Assembly (NCBI GenBank): GCA_902784545.1
Contig: CACZVC010000002.1
Coordinates: 1 to 37,735, forward strand
DNA: 37,735 bases
Direction of reading: 5' to 3'
From: an uncultured Ruminococcus sp.
Lineage (GTDB): Bacteria > Bacillota > Clostridia > Oscillospirales > CAG-272
A program made the translations under genes and the position numbers. Position 1 is the stretch's first letter. Each line of letters opens with the position of its first letter. Under the pieces are notes generated by a model, which saw only the letters and a program-made list of their open reading frames with translations, was not told the DNA's origin and ran no database searches. This document shows, in pieces, positions 1 through 8,126 of the stretch.

Positions 1-1580
1 TGATTCATCAGATTTCTTTTTTCCGTACTGTCTATAAACTCGCGTATATACTGCCAACCCGCGCCGTAGTAGTCTGCCAGAAACTCGTTCATAAGCTCGT
101 CGTATTCCTCGCGCGTCATATTCGGATCCCACATCATTTTTGACAGCAGATACGCGCGCAGCTCTCCGAATTCAGCCGAGGTGCATTGACCGTTGCCCTG
201 CTCGAACATTCCTATGACGTTGTTTTCGGAGAATATTTTTACGTTGTCGTATAACGTGTGCAGATTCGGGAACGGTATGCTGTAATACATAAAATCCGTC
301 GTATAGTCCCAGATGAAAAGGTTGTCGCAGATCGCCGCCCACGCTTTCAAGTCGGACATAAACTCGTGGTTTTCCTTACAGCTTGCGCTCAGAGGATGCG
401 CCATACAGCACTCTATCGTGCAGAGCCTTATTATAACGTTGTCGCGCGGCTTTATGTTTTTCGGCGCTTTTCTCGTGTATCTGTAAGCGAGCGTATCGAC
501 GTAAACGCCGGGGAATTCGTCCTTTATATCGTCCGCTATCCTGTTTACGAACGTCAGAAGCGAGCCCATCGGCGTGCCTTCCTCGTCGTCTATCTTTTTG
601 CAGTTTTCGCACTGACAGCCGACGCCGTTCGCAAACGAATCGTTTTGCGAGACGGATATGATTTTCGCGCCGGGATTTGCTCTGAGGCAGGCTTTTACGT
701 TTGCAAGCACTTTTTCATATACCGCGGGGTCGGTCAGGCACGGCTGTACGTTCGGCGTTTTGGGCGTGCCCGCGAATTCCGGCAGAGAATGAACGAACGG
801 ACCGGCGTATATCATCGTCTCGCCCCTGTCCTTCATTTCCCTGTTCATAAAGCCGTTTATTTTGCGTTTGGCGGCGAACGTGTCGTCGAACGTGTCCCAC
901 CAGAACGTGTCGCGGTTTATTATTGCCGGCGAATACGAAATGCGCGTACCGGCTTTTACGTTTATCTTTTTCGAGAATTTCAACACCTCGAATTTTGATG
1001 AATAGAAGCGCCAACCAAGGATATCCTCGAGAAAGCTGTAAACGGCATACATCGCGCCGGTATCGCCGTCGCCGGTAAGATAAAGCCTCGTACCGTCCTG
1101 AATTATCGCATAACCGTTGTTTTTCAGCTTGCCGCGCTCGGCTTTCACCTTTTCAGTATCTCTGTCGGTATTGCCGACGCATATCTCGTAATCGGTCATA
1201 TCGCCCGCCTCGGCGCAGTAAAGCTCCGTGCCGGTCGCATCTCTTATGTAATTGCGCAGATCGAAAGCCGCGTTTTTTACGGTGCCGTCGGCGCCGGGCT
1301 GATATACTATCCTGTACTCAGATATATCGCGGTCGGCTATAAGGAGCTTTTTGACATGATACCCCTCCCATTCGTCGGGTCCGTCGTCGATCTTTTCGGT
1401 TTCCTCCTCCGTTACCTTTTCCGTTTCCGCGGCTGTTTCGGCCGCGGCGGTTTCAGATCCGGCGGCTTCGGTCGTTACAGCCCCGGTTTCCGTCTCCGTT
1501 ACCGTCTCCGTCACGCCTCCCGCGCAGGCGGTAAACAGCGCCGCGGCTGTCAGTAAAACGCACAGCAAAGTTTTTTTCAT
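1..1580 (-). CDS. DUF4838-domain lipoprotein, 3' end outside the window; absent from the ORF track
   Basis: Manual translation from ATG at 1580: MKKTLLCVLLTAAALFTAC (lipobox), Thr/Glu linker, then GH20/GH67-like N-domain (YAIIQDGTRLYLTG...AVYSFLEDILGWRF) and DUF4838-type motifs QPCLTDP, SVSQND, CQCENC, TLAYRYT, IWDY, PFPN, LRAYLLSKMMWDP. The frame stays open to the window edge. Confidence 0.85.
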   Translation of the reverse strand, partial: MKKTLLCVLLTAAALFTACAGGVTETVTETETGAVTTEAAGSETAAAETAAETEKVTEEETEKIDDGPDEWEGYHVKKLLIADRDISEYRIVYQPGADGTVKNAAFDLRNYIRDATGTELYCAEAGDMTDYEICVGNTDRDTEKVKAERGKLKNNGYAIIQDGTRLYLTGDGDTGAMYAVYSFLEDILGWRFYSSKFEVLKFSKKINVKAGTRISYSPAIINRDTFWWDTFDDTFAAKRKINGFMNREMKDRGETMIYAGPFVHSLPEFAGTPKTPNVQPCLTDPAVYEKVLANVKACLRANPGAKIISVSQNDSFANGVGCQCENCKKIDDEEGTPMGSLLTFVNRIADDIKDEFPGVYVDTLAYRYTRKAPKNIKPRDNVIIRLCTIECCMAHPLSASCKENHEFMSDLKAWAAICDNLFIWDYTTDFMYYSIPFPNLHTLYDNVKIFSENNVIGMFEQGNGQCTSAEFGELRAYLLSKMMWDPNMTREEYDELMNEFLADYYGAGWQYIREFIDSTEKRNLMN

Positions 1581-1609
1581 TTTGTTTCCCTTTCTTGATC
1601 GCTTTATAT

Positions 1610-1638
1610 AATATACCATAAAAATAACTTAAAATCAA
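1610..1638 (-). promoter_or_regulatory. sigmaA-type promoter for the DUF4838 gene
   Basis: Minus strand TTGATT-N17-TATATT with TG extension. Confidence 0.55.
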
Positions 1639-1683
1639 TAGGTTTTATCCTTTTTCTTTGTGCAACAAAATTTTTAAAAGGTA

Positions 1684-1712
1684 TTGATTTTTCACCTTTT
1701 AAATTGTATAAT
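1684..1712 (+). promoter_or_regulatory. sigmaA-type promoter for feoAB
   Basis: TTGATT(1684-1689)-N17-TATAAT(1707-1712). Confidence 0.7.
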
Positions 1713-1716
1713 GGAA

Positions 1717-1789
1717 CAAGCGAAAAGCGCTTGAAGGACCGCCGCGCAGGGCGGCCGACAAAGCGTTTTAATAAAAGGCGGGCATTGAT
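1717..1789 (+). promoter_or_regulatory. Structured 5' leader of feoAB (candidate cis-regulatory RNA or LacI-type operator region)
   Basis: GC-rich island within an AT-rich intergenic region. CCGCC(1739-1743) can pair with GGCGG at 1750-1754 or with the SD-like GGCGG at 1777-1781. Outer stem AAAGCGCTT/AAGCGTTTT competes with hairpin CAAGCG/CGCTTG. Confidence 0.4.
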
Positions 1790-4132
1790 ATGACTTTGAA
1801 AGAACTTGATATAGGCGCGACGGGCAGAGTCCTGCGAGTCGGCGGAGAGGGTGCGTTATATCAGCACTTTCTCGATATGGGCATAATCCCCGGCACGGAA
1901 ATAACGGTGGAGAAATACGCCCCGATGGGAGATCCCGTGGAGCTGATACTTCACGGCTACAAGCTCACGCTCCGTCTCGACGACGCGGCGCATATAGACG
2001 TTGAGCCGTGCAAAAAGGAAAAAGCCGAAAACGAAAAACAGAAGGCGGAACGGCTGGAGCACCCGGGTCTCGGCGAGGGCGGCAAATATCACGAAAAAAG
2101 CAGCGAGAATCCGCTGCCCGACGATACGGTCCTTACCTTCGCTCTCGTCGGCAACCAGAACTGCGGTAAAACGACGCTTTTCAACCGTCTGACCGGCTCA
2201 AATCAGCACGTCGGCAACTTTCCCGGCGTTACGGTCGACAGGAAGGACGGAAAGATAAGGGGCTTCGACAACACGCTCGTTACCGATCTGCCCGGCATTT
2301 ATTCCATGTCGCCGTATTCGAGCGAGGAAATTGTATCGCGCGATTTTGTTTTGAACGAAAAGCCGAAGGCAATAATAAACATAGTCGACGCGACGAATAT
2401 AGAACGAAACCTTTATCTTACGATACAGCTGCTTGAAATGAACGTGCCGATGGTCGTGGCTCTCAATTTTATGGACGAGCTCACGTCGAACGGCGGCTCG
2501 GTCGATTTGAACGAGATGGAGGCGAGGCTCGGCGTGCCGGTCGTTGCTATTTCCGCGGCGAAGAATTCCGGCGTCGACGAGCTTGTAAGCCACGCGATAC
2601 ACATAGCGAAATATCAGGAAAAGCCGCTCAGGCAGGACTTCTGCGACGAGGATAAGGACGGCGGCGCGGTACACCGCTGTCTGCACGGCATAATTCATCT
2701 GATCGGCGACCACGCAAAGACCGCGGGTATACCGGTAAGATTTGCCGCCGGAAAGCTCGTCGAGGGAGACCGTCTGATAGAAGAAAAGCTGATGCTCGAC
2801 GAAAACGAGAAAAATATGCTCGAGCATATCATACAGCAGATGGAAACGGAGCGCGGACTCGAGAGGCGCGCGGCGATAGCCGATATGCGTTTCAACTACA
2901 TCGGCAAGGTGTGCGGCGCCTCCGTCACAAAGCCGCGCGAAAGCGTGCAGAGGAAAAGAAGCGAAAAGATAGATAAGATACTTACGGGCAAATACACCGC
3001 GATACCCGCGTTCATCCTCATAATGGGCGTCGTGTTTTTCCTGACCTTCAACGTTATCGGCGCGGCGCTTCAAAGCCTGCTCGATCTCGGTATCACGGCT
3101 TTGTCCGACGTCGTCGACAAGGCGCTTGCAAACGCCGGAGTGAACGAGGCGCTTCACAGTCTTGTTATCGAAGGTCTGTTTTCGGGCGTCGGCAGCGTTC
3201 TGAGCTTTTTGCCCATAATAGTCACGCTGTTCTTCTTTCTTTCCCTGCTTGAGGACAGCGGATATATAGCCCGCGTCGCGTTCGTTATGGACAAGCTGCT
3301 CCGCAAGCTCGGTCTTTCGGGCAGGAGCATCGTGCCTATGCTTATCGGCTTCGGCTGTACCGTTCCCGCGGTCATGTCGACGCGTACTCTGCCGAGTGAG
3401 AGGGACAGAAAAATGACGGTGCTTCTGACGCCGTTTATGAGCTGTTCCGCAAAGGTGCCGATATACGCCTTTTTTGCCGGCGCGTTTTTCGGCAAATTCG
3501 CGGCGTTAGTCACGATAGGCTTATACGTTCTCGGCATAATAATCGGCATCCTGGCGGCGTTCTTATACAAGAAAACGATATTCAAGGGCGACGCGGTGCC
3601 GTTTGTCATGGAGCTTCCCGATTACAGATTCCCGAGCCCCATGAACGTGATAAAACTGCTTTGGGAAAAGGCGAAGGACTTTTTACAGCGCGCCTTCTCC
3701 GTTATACTCATAGCGACGATAGTCATATGGTTTCTGAAGCGGTTCGACTTCCGCTTCAATATGGTCTCCGATCCCGAACAGAGCATCCTTGCGATGATCT
3801 CCGGCTGGATTGCGCCGGTCCTGAAGCCCGTGGGACTGGGCGACTGGCGTATATGCACTTCGCTCATATCCGGCTTTATAGCGAAGGAGAGCGTCGTTTC
3901 AACGATGGAGCTTTTGTTCCCCGCCGGAGTTGAAGCCGCGATAACGCCGATAACCGCGCTTTGTCTGCTTGTCTTTTCTCTTATATACACGCCGTGCGTG
4001 GCGGCAATCGCCTCGATACGGCGCGAAATGGGCGTCAGATGGTCGCTCGGCGTCGTGGTGTGGCAATGCGCGCTCGCGTGGCTCGCCGCGCTTATCGTGC
4101 ATCTTATAGGAATGATATTCGGTGTTGTATGA
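1790..4132 (+). CDS. feoB: Ferrous iron transporter, FeoA-FeoB fusion
   Basis: N-terminal FeoA (LDMGIIPG...APMGDP); G-domain GNQNCGKT, VGNFPGVTV, DLPG, DATNIERNL, NFMD; membrane domain LEDSGYIAR, GFGCTVPA, FMSCSAK, AKE, YTPC. Confidence 0.96.
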   Translation: MTLKELDIGATGRVLRVGGEGALYQHFLDMGIIPGTEITVEKYAPMGDPVELILHGYKLTLRLDDAAHIDVEPCKKEKAENEKQKAERLEHPGLGEGGKYHEKSSENPLPDDTVLTFALVGNQNCGKTTLFNRLTGSNQHVGNFPGVTVDRKDGKIRGFDNTLVTDLPGIYSMSPYSSEEIVSRDFVLNEKPKAIINIVDATNIERNLYLTIQLLEMNVPMVVALNFMDELTSNGGSVDLNEMEARLGVPVVAISAAKNSGVDELVSHAIHIAKYQEKPLRQDFCDEDKDGGAVHRCLHGIIHLIGDHAKTAGIPVRFAAGKLVEGDRLIEEKLMLDENEKNMLEHIIQQMETERGLERRAAIADMRFNYIGKVCGASVTKPRESVQRKRSEKIDKILTGKYTAIPAFILIMGVVFFLTFNVIGAALQSLLDLGITALSDVVDKALANAGVNEALHSLVIEGLFSGVGSVLSFLPIIVTLFFFLSLLEDSGYIARVAFVMDKLLRKLGLSGRSIVPMLIGFGCTVPAVMSTRTLPSERDRKMTVLLTPFMSCSAKVPIYAFFAGAFFGKFAALVTIGLYVLGIIIGILAAFLYKKTIFKGDAVPFVMELPDYRFPSPMNVIKLLWEKAKDFLQRAFSVILIATIVIWFLKRFDFRFNMVSDPEQSILAMISGWIAPVLKPVGLGDWRICTSLISGFIAKESVVSTMELLFPAGVEAAITPITALCLLVFSLIYTPCVAAIASIRREMGVRWSLGVVVWQCALAWLAALIVHLIGMIFGVV

Positions 4133-4275
4133 ATCCTTTTGATATAATAGTTATAATCGCTGTCTCAGCGGCAGTCGCCCTCTCCGTGTTTCTCATAATA
4201 CGCAGAAGAAAAAAGGACGGGTGCGGATGCGGCTGCGAGGGCTGTACGCATGATTGCGACAAAAGAAAACGGTAA
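4129..4275 (+). CDS. FeoB-associated Cys-rich small membrane protein (48 aa)
   Basis: ATGA overlap with the feoB stop; MNPFDIIVIIAVSAAVALSVFLIIRRRKKDGCGCGCEGCTHDC gives one TM helix, a basic patch and a Cys cluster. True start lies inside track ORF 3961..4275. Confidence 0.85.
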   Translation: MNPFDIIVIIAVSAAVALSVFLIIRRRKKDGCGCGCEGCTHDCDKRKR

Positions 4276-4290
4276 AGGACGGGCGTTTAC

Positions 4291-6852
4291 ATGAACAGAT
4301 GGCTTGACGACGTTTTAAACGGCCGCGAGGACAATTATATGCTGCCGTTTTACTGGCAGAGGGGCGACCATTACGAAAAAATACCGGAGCAGATAGAGCG
4401 CATATACCAAAGCGGCTGCCGCGCGCTCTGCGCCGAGTCGCGTCCGCATAAGGATTTCTGCGGTGAGACGTGGTGGCGCGATATGGATCTTATCATATCC
4501 GAATGTGAAAAGCGCGGGATGAAGGTCTGGGTGCTCGACGACGACCATTACCCGACGGGTCACGCGGTCGGCAGCATAAAGGATCACCCGGAGCTTCGCA
4601 AATGGCAGCTTATAGAATTCCACGTCGACGTTATGGGTCCGTGCAGAAATTCGTCTGTCATCGCTCACGGAGAAAACGAGGATATGATCCTGCTCGACAT
4701 ATTCGCGTACAAACGGACGGGCAAGGACGAAAACTGCGCGCCGGAGGCGATACGGCTGACGGATTCTGTAAAGGACGGCTTCGTCCGGTTCAGCTTTCCG
4801 GAGGGCTGTTACCGCATTTTCTTCATATACAAGGCGCGCGCCGGCTCGTCGCGCCCCGATTACATAGATATGCTTAACGAAAAATCGGTGCGGCTTCTTA
4901 TCGACGCCGTTTACGAGCCGCATTACGAGCATTATAAAAAATATTTCGGCAATACGTTCGCCGGATTTTTCTCAGACGAGCCGCTTCTCGGAAACTGTTA
5001 TTTTACCGCGCACGCGGAGGATCACGGCGGTTATGATACGCGCGTCGGTATGCCGGGGCTCGCTCTGCCGTGGAACGACAGGATAACCGGGATGATGCGC
5101 AAAACGCTCGGCTTCGATCCTTTGCCTTACTTCCCTGCGCTATGGTACGACTTAGGCGAAATGACGGGCGAGGTGCGTTGTGCGTATATGGACGCCGTGA
5201 CAAAGCTTTACCGCGACTGCTTTACGCGGCAGGTGGGCGACTGGTGTGAGAAGCGCGGTGTAACGTATATCGGTCACGTTATCGAGGATATGAACGCGCA
5301 CGCGCGGTTAGGCTCCGGAGTCGGACATTATTTCCGCGCGCTCGACGGTCAGAGGATGAGCGGCATAGATATCGTCCTTCATCAGATAATACCGGGAATG
5401 GCGGATTATATCCACACGGCGAGCGCGTTTGCGAACAGAGCAGACCCGTCGTTTTACGATTACGTGCTTGCAAAGCTCGCCTCGTCGTATTCGCATATAG
5501 GCACGGATATGAAAAACCGCGCGATGTGCGAGGTGTACGGCGCATACGGCTGGGCGGAGGGCGCGCCGTGTCTTAAATGGCTGCTCGATTTTCTGCTCGT
5601 GCGCGGCGTAAATCACTTTATACCGCACGCTTTTTCGCCGTCGTTTCCCGATAACGACTGTCCGCCGCATTTCGGCGCGGAGGGACTCGATCCGCAGTTT
5701 GACGGCTTTTGCAGGCTTATGCCTTACGGAAACCGCGTCGCGCACCTTTTATATCACGGAAAGCAGGTGACGCGCGCGGCGATACTCTATCACGCCGAGG
5801 CGGAATGGTACTGCGAATACGGCGGCGCGATGCTTACGCAGGTGCCCGCGAAAATGCTGTACGACGAGCATATAGATTTTGACGTTCTGCCCGCGGACTG
5901 CTTTACGGACGGAAACGGATGCCGCATTTTCCCGGCGCAAGTCGAGGACGGCGAAATCCGCGTGGGAGAGCAGTCCTACGGCTGTCTTATCGTACCGTAT
6001 TCGACGGGACTTCCCGCAAACGTTAAAAAAGCGCTCGAAAAGCTTGAAAAAAGCGGAGCAAACGTCATAAGGATGAAAAAAAGCATGGACAAAACCGAGC
6101 TTATAAACCGCGTACTGTCCGTGATAAAGAGGGATATCGAGGTAAAAGGCGGCTATCCTCTGCTCCGCTGCGCTCATTATACGTACAACGGATCGGACGT
6201 TTATATGTTCTCAAATGAATCCGTGACGGGCGGCGTTGAAACGAAAGTAAAGGCGGCTCTGCCGTATAAAGCGGAAAAGGCGCTGATGCTCGATCTTCTG
6301 AACGATTCGATTTACACGGTGAGCGTGAACGACGGTGAATTCGATATATCGCTTACGCCGTATCAGTCGGTCATCGCGGTTTTCGACGCCGATGAAAAAG
6401 CCTTTGACGGATACGGACCGAAGAAAAAAACGTATACGTGCGACGCCGGTATTTCATTCGATATCGATATCGCGGAATATACGGAGCCGGACTTATACAG
6501 ACCGCTTATCAAAAACGCGAAAAACGGTGAGATGCCGGATATCGGCGCCGGATTTTCCGGCAGGATAAGGTATGAAGCGAAATTCGTAAAGCCCGACGCC
6601 GTTGTCGGTATAGATCTCGGCGAGGTCGGTCAGACGGTGCGGCTTTACTGCAACGGCTCCGATATGGGCGTCAGGGTCTGTCCGCCTTATTCATACGACC
6701 TGTCAACCGTTCTGCGCGAGGGCGAAAATTCGATTACCGCCGTTGTATCGAATACGCTTGCAAACGCGGTAAAGGACAGGTTTTCAACGTATCTTTCCAT
6801 CCCCGCCTCCGGCATAACGGGCAAGGTCAAATGGATAAAAGAGATAAAATGA
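4291..6852 (+). CDS. Glycoside hydrolase, GH106 (alpha-L-rhamnosidase)-like, with C-terminal GH2-type sugar-binding domain
   Basis: PFYW, ESRPH, WVLDDDHYPTG, YEPHYE..GFFSDEP, GHVIED, MCEVYGAYGW, RGVNHFIPHAF; C-terminal IDLGEV..NG..PPY..GEN..VSNT; no signal peptide. Confidence 0.75.
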   Translation: MNRWLDDVLNGREDNYMLPFYWQRGDHYEKIPEQIERIYQSGCRALCAESRPHKDFCGETWWRDMDLIISECEKRGMKVWVLDDDHYPTGHAVGSIKDHPELRKWQLIEFHVDVMGPCRNSSVIAHGENEDMILLDIFAYKRTGKDENCAPEAIRLTDSVKDGFVRFSFPEGCYRIFFIYKARAGSSRPDYIDMLNEKSVRLLIDAVYEPHYEHYKKYFGNTFAGFFSDEPLLGNCYFTAHAEDHGGYDTRVGMPGLALPWNDRITGMMRKTLGFDPLPYFPALWYDLGEMTGEVRCAYMDAVTKLYRDCFTRQVGDWCEKRGVTYIGHVIEDMNAHARLGSGVGHYFRALDGQRMSGIDIVLHQIIPGMADYIHTASAFANRADPSFYDYVLAKLASSYSHIGTDMKNRAMCEVYGAYGWAEGAPCLKWLLDFLLVRGVNHFIPHAFSPSFPDNDCPPHFGAEGLDPQFDGFCRLMPYGNRVAHLLYHGKQVTRAAILYHAEAEWYCEYGGAMLTQVPAKMLYDEHIDFDVLPADCFTDGNGCRIFPAQVEDGEIRVGEQSYGCLIVPYSTGLPANVKKALEKLEKSGANVIRMKKSMDKTELINRVLSVIKRDIEVKGGYPLLRCAHYTYNGSDVYMFSNESVTGGVETKVKAALPYKAEKALMLDLLNDSIYTVSVNDGEFDISLTPYQSVIAVFDADEKAFDGYGPKKKTYTCDAGISFDIDIAEYTEPDLYRPLIKNAKNGEMPDIGAGFSGRIRYEAKFVKPDAVVGIDLGEVGQTVRLYCNGSDMGVRVCPPYSYDLSTVLREGENSITAVVSNTLANAVKDRFSTYLSIPASGITGKVKWIKEIK

Positions 6853-6854
6853 GC

Positions 6855-6886
6855 AAAAAAACAAGGCTGTCAAGCCTTGTTTTTTT
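6855..6886. terminator. Bidirectional intrinsic terminator
   Basis: AAAAAAACAAGGCT-GTCA-AGCCTTGTTTTTTT between convergent genes. Confidence 0.85.
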
Positions 6887-6902
6887 CACTTTGAAATACC
6901 GC

Positions 6903-8084
6903 TCACGCGCTGACGTACTTGAACAGGACGACGACGTCCTTGTTGTTAACCTGCCCGTCGCCATTGCAGTCGAGCGCCTCTTCATTCACCTGCGCCGTAC
7001 TGCCGTTGACGTACTTGAACAGCGCGACGACGTCCTTGTTGTTCGCCGTACCGTCGCCGTTCACGTCGCCGTAAATGACCTGCTCCGGCTCGTCAGACAG
7101 CACGGTTATTTCGACCGAAGCCGAAACGTCCCCCTGCACGATAGCCTTTATCGTCGCGGTACCTGCCGATACGCCCGTTATAACGCCGTTTTCATCGACA
7201 GTCGCAACATCTTCATTACCGCTTATCCAGTTCGCGCCGGAAATCAGCAGGCCTCTGCCGGACGTCGTGACGGTCACGTTGACCTTCGCCTTTGCGCTGA
7301 CAGTCTGTCCCTCTTTGACCGTTTCCTCACATTCAAGCTCTATACCGGTTATGAAATCCTTTGAAAGGCATATTTTCTGATACACCTCGCCGCCGATGCC
7401 CGCCGCGTCCTCGTCGAGCGTGACGCCGTAGCCGGAAAGCTGGTTTGCGACCGTCAGACGGTACATTGCGACCGGGTTGTAAAACGCGGAAATGCCTATA
7501 TACGTCATAGCCGGATTTATCATCGAGGTGTAATGCCCCGTTACCGCGCCGGGCGTACCTTCTATCCAGTCCTCTTTTTCACCGTACCATTGATTTATAC
7601 CGAAAAGGATACCGTCAAGATCGGGGCCGCCCCAGTTCCACGCGAGATTCTCGCCGAACGTCCTTACACCGTAGCCGTTTGTAAAAACGCTGCTTGGATT
7701 GCCGTACGCCGCGGACGTGAGCCTTCCGTGATTTATATATATCGAAGCCTCGGCGGCGCGCATCGCTGCGACCTTTTCAACGAGCGTCGACCATTTTATC
7801 GGAACGTAATCGTCCGGCGTCAGATTAACGCTTCTGTTGCCGGGGTAAGGCACGCCCTCGTCGCACGCCTCTTTTCTTATCTCGTTTATACGCGCCAAAA
7901 TCGCCTGTTTAGTCTCCTCGTCGACCGTCGCGTATGTGCCTTCAAGCGCGACCACCGCGTCCGTGTCGGCGGGCTCGTCCGTATTGTCGCCCTCTCTTAT
8001 CTCAGCCGCAGTCGCCGTAAAAGACAGGATAAAGCAGGCGGCGAGCAAAATCGAGATAACAACGGGTAAAGCTTTGTTTTTCAT
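6903..8084 (-). CDS. Secreted CAP/SCP-domain protein with Ig-like (Big_2) domain and C-terminal dockerin
   Basis: ATG at 8084 follows GGAGG; signal peptide; CAP motifs INEIR..W..RAAE..H..GENLAW..QWYGE..GHYTSM; Big_2 WISGNEDVATVDENGVITGVSAGTATI; duplicated DxNGDG.xNNKD dockerin loops. Confidence 0.85.
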   Translation of the reverse strand: MKNKALPVVISILLAACFILSFTATAAEIREGDNTDEPADTDAVVALEGTYATVDEETKQAILARINEIRKEACDEGVPYPGNRSVNLTPDDYVPIKWSTLVEKVAAMRAAEASIYINHGRLTSAAYGNPSSVFTNGYGVRTFGENLAWNWGGPDLDGILFGINQWYGEKEDWIEGTPGAVTGHYTSMINPAMTYIGISAFYNPVAMYRLTVANQLSGYGVTLDEDAAGIGGEVYQKICLSKDFITGIELECEETVKEGQTVSAKAKVNVTVTTSGRGLLISGANWISGNEDVATVDENGVITGVSAGTATIKAIVQGDVSASVEITVLSDEPEQVIYGDVNGDGTANNKDVVALFKYVNGSTAQVNEEALDCNGDGQVNNKDVVVLFKYVSA

Positions 8085-8126
8085 ATTGTCCTCCTTCAAA
8101 AGTTTTTACCGCTTAAAGAATTTATA

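Noticed and set aside
258-998. 246-aa + strand ORF
   Set aside because: Antisense shadow of the DUF4838 gene, which the track omits because it lacks a stop in the window; Arg/Val-rich, no motifs
1713-1789. Known NiCo, yybP-ykoY or M-box riboswitch, or a Fur box
   Set aside because: Consensus elements not visible by eye and the leader is short; retained only as a novel candidate
3961-4128. Long version of the Cys-rich ORF
   Set aside because: Overlaps feoB out of frame; ATG 4129 gives the typical small FeoB-associated protein
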